Source: an uncultured bacterium
GTDB lineage: Bacteria; Krumholzibacteriota; Krumholzibacteriia; LZORAL124-64-63
NCBI GenBank assembly: GCA_963727525.1
Contig: CAVSGO010000007.1
Location: forward strand, 2,016,001-2,080,000
Direction of reading: 5' to 3'
Length of the DNA: 64,000 nucleotides
Position 1 is the stretch's first letter. Each line of letters opens with the position of its first letter. Under the pieces are notes generated by a model. It searched no databases and had not been told where the DNA came from. It saw nothing but the letters and a program-made list of their open reading frames with translations. Shown here piece after piece: positions 58,073 to 64,000 of the stretch. Position numbers and translations under genes: made by a program.

Positions 58073-59365
58073 TCAGTCCGCGCAGCCGGCGCCCATCTTG
58101 GCGCGCAGCACGTCCGATTTCAGCAGGAAGGCGCCGTCTGCCACGAGGGTCTCGTCGCCCGCGAGCCCCGCGCGGATCTCCACGCGGTCCTGCCAGGTTT
58201 CTCCCGTCTCGACGGACCGGCGCACGAAGTAGTCGCCGTGGTGGTGCACGAAAACGAAGGCGCGTCCCTCGTCCTGCAGCACGGCGGTGCGCGGCAACAC
58301 GAGGGTATCGCCGCCGGTGGGCAGTTGCAGCGCAACCGTCGCGAACATGCCGGCCAGCAGCCGGCCCTCGGGATTGTCCACCGCCACCCGCAGGCGGGCG
58401 GTACGCGTGGCCTCCACCATCACCGGGGCGATGAAGTCGACCACCCCCGCGAACACCGCATCGGGATAGGCTGTCACGGTGACATTGGCGTCGAGCGTGC
58501 CAGCCGCGCGCGCGGCCATCACGCGCGCAAGGTCGCGTTCGTACACGTCGGCCCACACCCAGACCGCGCCGTGGTCGCCCACGGTGGCGACACTCTCGCC
58601 ATCCGCCGCCACCTCGCCCGGCACCGCGTGCAGCGTGAGCACCGTGCCGGCCTGAGGTGCGCGCAGAACGAGGCGGCCGAGGCCATCCGCGCCTGCCGCC
58701 GCCGTGTCGGACACGCCGAGCCCGAGTTGCCGCAGACGCGCGCGCGACGTCTCGTCGCGGATACCTGCGGCGGCGAGGGCCTGCTGCGCCTCGAGATAGT
58801 CCTTCCGCGCCCCGATCCCGCGCTCGTGCAGGCGTTCGGCGCGTTCCCAGGTTCGACGCGCCAGCTCCAGGGCCGACCAGGCCTGGCGCGCCTCGCTCTG
58901 CGCCTCGCCGACGGTTGCGCTTGCCAGCGTCACCAGCGGCGCGCCCGCGGTCACGCGGTCGCCGAGGACCACGTGAACATCCCGCACGATGCCGTCCACC
59001 GGCGCGCGCACGTGGCTCACGCGGCGCTCGTCGAGCTGCACCTCGCCGGTGAGCGCGAGCGACCGTCGGACGGATTCGCGTCGCACCGTCGTGCGCCGCA
59101 ACAGGCCGCCGTCGAAGAGGCTGGCCGGCGCGCACACGACACCCACCTCGTAGCGGCACTCGTCGCAGGTATGGGTCGGCACGCCGTGCTCGCAGATGGC
59201 TGCGAAGAGCGCATCGACGGGGCGATCGAGATCCGAGACCTCCGCGGTCCCGGCGAGATCGTGGTCGTGCGAGTCGCTCTCCGCGCGGGCGGCGCGCTCG
59301 CGCTCACACCCCATGGTGGCCAGAAGCAGGGGAATGATCAGCCAGGCGGGACGGATGGTCGTCAT
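58073..59365 (-). CDS. CzcB/CusB-like periplasmic adaptor with N-terminal His/Cys metal-binding segment
   Basis: Lipobox-like TMGC, SHDHD and CEHGVPTHTCDEC. Adaptor motifs LRAP..G, VWVWADVYE.DL, TRT..LR...NP.G.L..GMF and G.FLLKS. Confidence 0.92.
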   Translation of the reverse strand: MTTIRPAWLIIPLLLATMGCERERAARAESDSHDHDLAGTAEVSDLDRPVDALFAAICEHGVPTHTCDECRYEVGVVCAPASLFDGGLLRRTTVRRESVRRSLALTGEVQLDERRVSHVRAPVDGIVRDVHVVLGDRVTAGAPLVTLASATVGEAQSEARQAWSALELARRTWERAERLHERGIGARKDYLEAQQALAAAGIRDETSRARLRQLGLGVSDTAAAGADGLGRLVLRAPQAGTVLTLHAVPGEVAADGESVATVGDHGAVWVWADVYERDLARVMAARAAGTLDANVTVTAYPDAVFAGVVDFIAPVMVEATRTARLRVAVDNPEGRLLAGMFATVALQLPTGGDTLVLPRTAVLQDEGRAFVFVHHHGDYFVRRSVETGETWQDRVEIRAGLAGDETLVADGAFLLKSDVLRAKMGAGCAD

Positions 59366-60585
59366 GGCTTCAACTCCTCGACGGCCGGCGGCGCCGGCAG
59401 GGGATCCACGCCGGCGGCGGTCGCCAGATCGAGAGCGGCGACAGCGGCGGCGTAGCGTAGGTCGGTGAGAACAGCGCGGGCGTCGAGGACCTCGCGCTGG
59501 ATGAGGAGCACCTGCTCGAGCCCGGACTCGCCGAGCTCGTAGCTGGCTCGGGCGAGCTCGGCACAGTGCGCGGCGGTGATCTCCGTGTCGGCCGCGAGGG
59601 CCGCCTGCAGGTTGGCGCGGCGTTGCCAGGCGGCGCGCACGCGCGCGGCGGCCGCGTGGCGCGCCGCGGCCAGTTCCGCCGCGAGGGCCGCTGCTTCGGC
59701 CTCGGCCGCCCGCGCCGTCGCTGCGGCCCGCCCCGTCACCGGCAGTGAGAGCGCGAGCCCCACACGCGCGATGTCCGTCGCCTCCTCCCGTGCGTACCCG
59801 GCCATGACGTCGATCCGCGGCCACCGGCCGGCACGCGCAAGCCCGGCCCGGGCCAGGGCGGCCTCCCGCCGTGCGGCCAGCAACGTGACATCGGCTCTCT
59901 GACTCGCCGCCGTCTCCAGTTCGGTCAACGAGCCTGTCACCGGCCACGTCAGCGGCCCCGCCACACGCGGCAGCGCGTCGAGGGCCAGGAGATCGGCAAG
60001 GGTGCCGGTCGCCGTCACCAGCCGCGATCCGGCGAGCGCGAGCGCGGCGCGCTGCCGCTCCAGCGACACCGCCGCCAGCTGGGTTTCCAGCGCGCCCGCG
60101 TCGCCGGCGTCCTCTCGCTCCCGCGCCATCGCGAGCAGGTGCTCATGCAACGCCACGGCCTCGGTGGCGAGGTCGCGATCGGCCGTGGCCCGCAAGGCGT
60201 CGAGGTAGAGGCGCCCCGCCAGGGCCAGCGCGTCCGCGGTGGCGGCACCGACCGTCGCAGTGGCCGCGCGCGCACTCGCCGTGGCTGCCGCGATGCGCGG
60301 CCCGCGCCCGGGGAGATCGAGTGGCTGCGCAAGCGTGGCCTCGCGATCCCAGCCGTCGCCGCTGCGGCGGCCGAACACGAGGTCGAGCACGGGATCGTCG
60401 GGCCAGCCGCGGGCGGCCGCCAGCGTGGCCGACGCGGCCTCCTCGCGTGCGCGCGCCGCCGTGATGGACGCAGCGCGCTCACGCGCGAGGCACAGTACGC
60501 GGGCGCGGTCGAGCGTGTCAGCACCGCGGGCGTCGGATACGACGCTCAACGCGAGACACAGGATCGGTACGATGATCCGGAACAT
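59362..60585 (-). CDS. TolC/CzcC family outer-membrane efflux protein
   Basis: Signal peptide, Ala-rich helical repeats, P.LDL...Q.LDL.G, GL.LSLP and YELGE..L..VL. First large gene of the CBA operon. Confidence 0.85.
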   Translation of the reverse strand: MFRIIVPILCLALSVVSDARGADTLDRARVLCLARERAASITAARAREEAASATLAAARGWPDDPVLDLVFGRRSGDGWDREATLAQPLDLPGRGPRIAAATASARAATATVGAATADALALAGRLYLDALRATADRDLATEAVALHEHLLAMAREREDAGDAGALETQLAAVSLERQRAALALAGSRLVTATGTLADLLALDALPRVAGPLTWPVTGSLTELETAASQRADVTLLAARREAALARAGLARAGRWPRIDVMAGYAREEATDIARVGLALSLPVTGRAAATARAAEAEAAALAAELAAARHAAAARVRAAWQRRANLQAALAADTEITAAHCAELARASYELGESGLEQVLLIQREVLDARAVLTDLRYAAAVAALDLATAAGVDPLPAPPAVEELKP

Positions 60586-60662
60586 GGCAGTCCCCAGGTC
60601 TCGAGACGGGTGGGCGCACGGACCGGTATGGCCGCGCGGCCGGGGTCACGTCCGAGATGGGA

Positions 60663-61016
60663 TCAGATGCGCAGGACGGTCGTGCGTGGAGGCGGCGGAG
60701 GTGCCACGGATGGGGACTCGAGCGTGGCGCCCCTATCGAGACCGGGTTCCACAGTGCAGCCGAATGGCGAGGGCAAGATTGGCGAGGCCAGCGGACCGGG
60801 CGCCGTCATCGTTGCGGCAACCACGCGGGCCGCGTCGGCACCGGTGCCGTCGAACGCGCAGCAGGGGCAGGCTGCGTCCGGAGCGTCGGGCGCGCACGGT
60901 GTCTCGCAGCACATGGGATCGCAGCCACCCGCCATGGCGGGCGCCGCCAGGCCCAGCAGGAGGGCCAGCACGAATCCGTGGGTCAACACGTTGCATGTCG
61001 TGTGGCGTGTGAACAT
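60663..61016 (-). CDS. Small Cys-rich exported/membrane protein (CzcI/DUF2946-like leader ORF)
   Basis: Hydrophobic signal, CDPMCCETPC...CPCC and C-terminal APPPPPRTTVLRI. Lies directly upstream of the CBA operon. Confidence 0.6.
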   Translation of the reverse strand: MFTRHTTCNVLTHGFVLALLLGLAAPAMAGGCDPMCCETPCAPDAPDAACPCCAFDGTGADAARVVAATMTAPGPLASPILPSPFGCTVEPGLDRGATLESPSVAPPPPPRTTVLRI

Positions 61017-61066
61017 GATCCGCGCAAGATACGATCCGCGCCGCGACCTCGCCAGGACCGATCTCG

Positions 61067-61687
61067 TCATCGCAGTTCGAACCGGTAGGGCAGCGCGACC
61101 CACGCGTCGGTCGGCTCACCGGCCTTCAGTCCCGGTGCGAAGCGGCAGCGACGGGCCGCGGCCATGGCCGCGCGGTCGAGCAACGGGTGCACCCCCTTGA
61201 CGAGGGCCACATCGCGCACCGAACCGTCGGCGGCCACCAGGACCTTCACGGTGACGACTCCTTCCAGCGCCATCTGCCGGGCGATCTCGGGATACTCGGC
61301 GTCGGCCCGGTAGGTGACGACGGGGGCGCGTGTGGCCGCCAGGGCCGTGACCGCAGCGGGCGGCGCGGGCGTCCAGGCGGTCACGGGAACCGGCAGCAGG
61401 TCTTCGAAGTCAGGCACCGTCTCCACGGTCGCCTCGTCATCAGGCGCGGCGGTCACGGTCTTGGGGGCGGCGATCACGGCCACCGGGGGCGACTCCACCG
61501 CCATGTCCACGGCCTCGAGCCGCGCGTCGATCACCTCGAGTTCGTCGTGCGGCAGCCGGTACGGCTGCGGCTGGAACTCCGGCAGCATCCACCACACCAG
61601 CGCGACGATGCCGAGCGCGCCGAGCAGGGCCCAGCGCAGGGTGCGTCCGTAGGAGAGCTTGAAGCGATCGTTCTGGGTGAGGGTCAT
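61067..61687 (-). CDS. Energy transducer TonB family protein
   Basis: One TM helix and a Pro-rich linker, then YPEIARQMALEGVV.VKVLV..DG.V..V, LLDRAA..AA...RF.PG...G and V.LPYRF. Confidence 0.85.
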   Translation of the reverse strand: MTLTQNDRFKLSYGRTLRWALLGALGIVALVWWMLPEFQPQPYRLPHDELEVIDARLEAVDMAVESPPVAVIAAPKTVTAAPDDEATVETVPDFEDLLPVPVTAWTPAPPAAVTALAATRAPVVTYRADAEYPEIARQMALEGVVTVKVLVAADGSVRDVALVKGVHPLLDRAAMAAARRCRFAPGLKAGEPTDAWVALPYRFELR

Positions 61688-61861
61688 GGCCTGGTCGACC
61701 GCGGGCGTCACAACGTCCTCCACCCGGCGGCGTCCATCGAGGAGCCGGCAGCCGTGAAAGGGAGGAGACACCTCCGGCGAGGGTGCCCCCACGGCCGCCG
61801 GTCCCGGATCACGTTCGGGAGGCATCGTGTTTCCGTCAAGGGGTCGCCGCCGCGGGCGCCT

Positions 61862-62752
61862 TCATCGGACCTGGACGACCCGCCAGCCTCGAGCGGCCAG
61901 CAACTTCGGGATGCCCCGTTCGCCCACGAGATGGCCCGCCCCCACCACCACGAACCACGAGTTCCTGGCCGCACCGGCGCGGCGATCGAGCATCGCGGTC
62001 ATCGCCTCGTTTCGCCTGTCGATCACCCGCTCATGGTAGTCGACGAGACGGGGATCGTCGAGCCACTGGTCGTTGACGAGCCGCGCGATGGCCGCGGGGT
62101 CGCCCTGCCGCCACGCCGTGAGCATGCTGTCGATCACTGCCGGCGTCTCCTGCTGTTCGAGACTCTCCTCGAGGAGCAGCTCGCCCACTGCCGCATCCTG
62201 TCCCAGGAGCAGATCGATTTGCTGGGCCACCGTCTCCAGGTCCACGATCGGCTTGTGCTGCGCGTGGGCCTGCTCGAGCACGTGGCGGTCGATGCCCTGA
62301 TCGGGATCGAGGCCCTGCTGCTGCAGTTGCAGCGCCATGATCGTGACCGCGGCCAGGGCCGGTCGCATGCGCTCGACGAGAGAGACCGGCACCTGCAACG
62401 TGTCGACCGCCGCGGCCACGGCGCGCCAGGTATCGTCGCTCACGTGGTCACGCAGCGTCTCACCGGCCGGGTAGGTGCCTTTCTGCATGGACAGGAGCGC
62501 CGCCTGCCCGGCCTTGATGGGGTCGGTCATGTTGATCTCGCAGGCCACGGTGTCGGCCGCGGCGAGTGCGCTCTCGATGCGGTTGTCCAGGGGGAAGAAG
62601 TCGTCGCTGCCCACGTGCACGCTTCCCAGGAGCCAGATGCGCGCGCCATCGCGCTCGGCGCGCCAGAGGAACAGGGGGTCGTCGCCCGCGCGCGCCGGCG
62701 GCGCTGTCGCCAGCGCCGCCAGCGTTCCGAGCAGCAGTACGTTCACACGCAT
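61862..62752 (-). CDS. TraB/GumN family protein
   Basis: Signal peptide, FLWR, WLLGSVHVG, GID, LET...Q, RN..M and FVVVGAGHL.G..G...LL...G..V. Confidence 0.9.
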   Translation of the reverse strand: MRVNVLLLGTLAALATAPPARAGDDPLFLWRAERDGARIWLLGSVHVGSDDFFPLDNRIESALAAADTVACEINMTDPIKAGQAALLSMQKGTYPAGETLRDHVSDDTWRAVAAAVDTLQVPVSLVERMRPALAAVTIMALQLQQQGLDPDQGIDRHVLEQAHAQHKPIVDLETVAQQIDLLLGQDAAVGELLLEESLEQQETPAVIDSMLTAWRQGDPAAIARLVNDQWLDDPRLVDYHERVIDRRNEAMTAMLDRRAGAARNSWFVVVGAGHLVGERGIPKLLAARGWRVVQVR

Positions 62753-62774
62753 CGTCGCATCCTCTGCTGCGACC

Positions 62775-63707
62775 TCAGCGGCTCTGCTTCAGGAAGCGGT
62801 AGAATTCCGAGTCTGTGGACAGGACGAGCTGGGTCGAGCTGTCCACAGCGGCCGGGTAGCTCTCCATCGTCTTGATGAACTCGTAGAACTCACGAGTCTG
62901 CGCCGACCGATCATACGCCGCGGCGTAGATGCGCGCCGCCGTCGCATCGGCCTTGCCCTTGATCTCCTCGGCCTGGCGGTAGGCCCCCGACTGGATGCGC
63001 AGCAGCTCGCGCTCCTTCTCGCCGCGGATGCGGCTCGCTTCGCCCTCGCCCTCGCTGCGGAAGCGATCGGCGATACGCCGGCGCTCGGCGATCATGCGCT
63101 CGTACACCTTCTGCGACACGTCCTCCACGTAGTTGATGCGCTTGAACTGCACGTCGAGGATCTCGATGCCCAGGTCGCTGGTGCGCGTCTGCGCGTTGGC
63201 CAGGATCTCCTTGCGAATATCGTCGCGCCCGGTGGTGATGGGTTCGAGTACCTTCTCGTCGTCTTCCTCGGCCTCGGTATGCACGGGTTCGCGATTCGTG
63301 CTGCGCACCACCTCCACCAGGTCGTACTTGGCGATGGCGTTGCGCGTCTCGCCGTCGAGGATGTCGTCGAGCCGCGTCTGGGCGCCGCGCTCGTCGTGCA
63401 GACGCTGGAAGTAGAGCAGCGGGTCGGTGATGCGCCAGCGCGCGTAGGTGTTGACCCAGATGAAGCGCTTGTCCTTGGTCGGCAACTGGTTCGCCTCGCC
63501 GTCCCACTCGAGGAATCGCTTCTCGAAGCGATTCACCTTCTGGATGAGCGGCTTCTTCAGCTTGAGCCCCGGCGTGTCGATCATACCCCCGACCGGTCTG
63601 CCGAACTGGGTGACGATGACCTGCTCGTACTCCTGCACCACGTAGAAGGAACCGGTCAGCACCAGCAAGACGATGAATACGCCGATGACGATCGCGATGT
63701 TCCTCAT
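62775..63707 (-). CDS. hflC: FtsH protease modulator HflC
   Basis: SFYVV.EYEQ.IVTQFG, PGL..K.P.IQ, TKDK, WRI.DPL, VYERMIAER..IA..FRSEG and FYEF.KTM.SY. Confidence 0.95.
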   Translation of the reverse strand: MRNIAIVIGVFIVLLVLTGSFYVVQEYEQVIVTQFGRPVGGMIDTPGLKLKKPLIQKVNRFEKRFLEWDGEANQLPTKDKRFIWVNTYARWRITDPLLYFQRLHDERGAQTRLDDILDGETRNAIAKYDLVEVVRSTNREPVHTEAEEDDEKVLEPITTGRDDIRKEILANAQTRTSDLGIEILDVQFKRINYVEDVSQKVYERMIAERRRIADRFRSEGEGEASRIRGEKERELLRIQSGAYRQAEEIKGKADATAARIYAAAYDRSAQTREFYEFIKTMESYPAAVDSSTQLVLSTDSEFYRFLKQSR

Positions 63708-64000
63708 CGTCCACCTCCCTGCTGCGCGGTCCCCCGGTCGAGATTGAGAAGCGGCAGGACGCTGCGTAGCTGCCCATCGACGATCACCTTGTGCTTCACC
63801 TGTGGCAGGACCTTGGCCATGGTCTCCAGGTAGATGCGGCGGCGTGTCACGTCGGGCGCCTGCTCGTAGGCGGCGAAGACCTGGGCGAAGCGCGCCGAAT
63901 CGCCGCGCGCCTCGTTCACGCGCTCCAGGGCGTAACCCTCCGACTCCTGGATCGTCTGCTGCGCCTCGCCCGTGGCGCGCGGGATCACCTTGTTGTAGTC
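63704..64000 (-). CDS. hflK: FtsH protease modulator HflK, C-terminal part (5' end outside the window)
   Basis: YNKVIPRATGEA, A.GD..RF...Y..AP.VTRRRIYLETM..VL and LPLL. Overlaps the hflC start. Confidence 0.93.
   Translation of the reverse strand, partial: DYNKVIPRATGEAQQTIQESEGYALERVNEARGDSARFAQVFAAYEQAPDVTRRRIYLETMAKVLPQVKHKVIVDGQLRSVLPLLNLDRGTAQQGGGR

Noticed and set aside
58062-59947. Long N-terminal extensions on the CzcA-like (to 59159) and CzcB-like (to 59947) ORFs
   Set aside because: The extensions overlap the upstream genes in other frames and are low-complexity. The family N-termini begin at 58061 and 59365.

Overview
GC-rich bacterial chromosomal window, almost fully coding, with about 50 genes. 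I found no rRNA, tRNA, CRISPR array, integrase or transposase. The dominant theme is acetyl-CoA/acetate metabolism. It includes pta-ackA, a heterotetrameric (E1 alpha/beta) 2-oxoacid dehydrogenase operon with a short lipoate ligase, and a second complete homodimeric AceE-AceF-Lpd pyruvate dehydrogenase operon. It also includes an acetate uptake/activation cluster (LuxR response regulator, DUF4212, Na+/solute symporter, cNMP-CBS-DUF294 nucleotidyltransferase, membrane PAS-DEDDh exonuclease, acs) and an HDAC-family deacetylase. Other modules: (i) a TPR protein, two paralogous secreted beta-propellers, one adaptor and two RND permeases with no TolC; (ii) a PLP enzyme / CDP-alcohol phosphotransferase / cytidylyltransferase / LysE operon behind a sigma54-like promoter; (iii) two GT-C membrane glycosyltransferases; (iv) a CzcCBA-like metal efflux operon led by a Cys-rich, polyproline-tailed small ORF; (v) ferritin plus a ferritin-like protein; (vi) DUF2239 with a 19-bp inverted-repeat operator; (vii) hflKC at the right edge. 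The best candidates for undescribed systems are the nucleotidyltransferase/exonuclease pair in the acetate cluster, the beta-propeller/dual-RND exporter and the CDP-amino-alcohol operon. All product calls come from motif recognition by eye; no database search was run. Start codons were adjusted from the ORF track using ribosome-binding sites and family N-termini.
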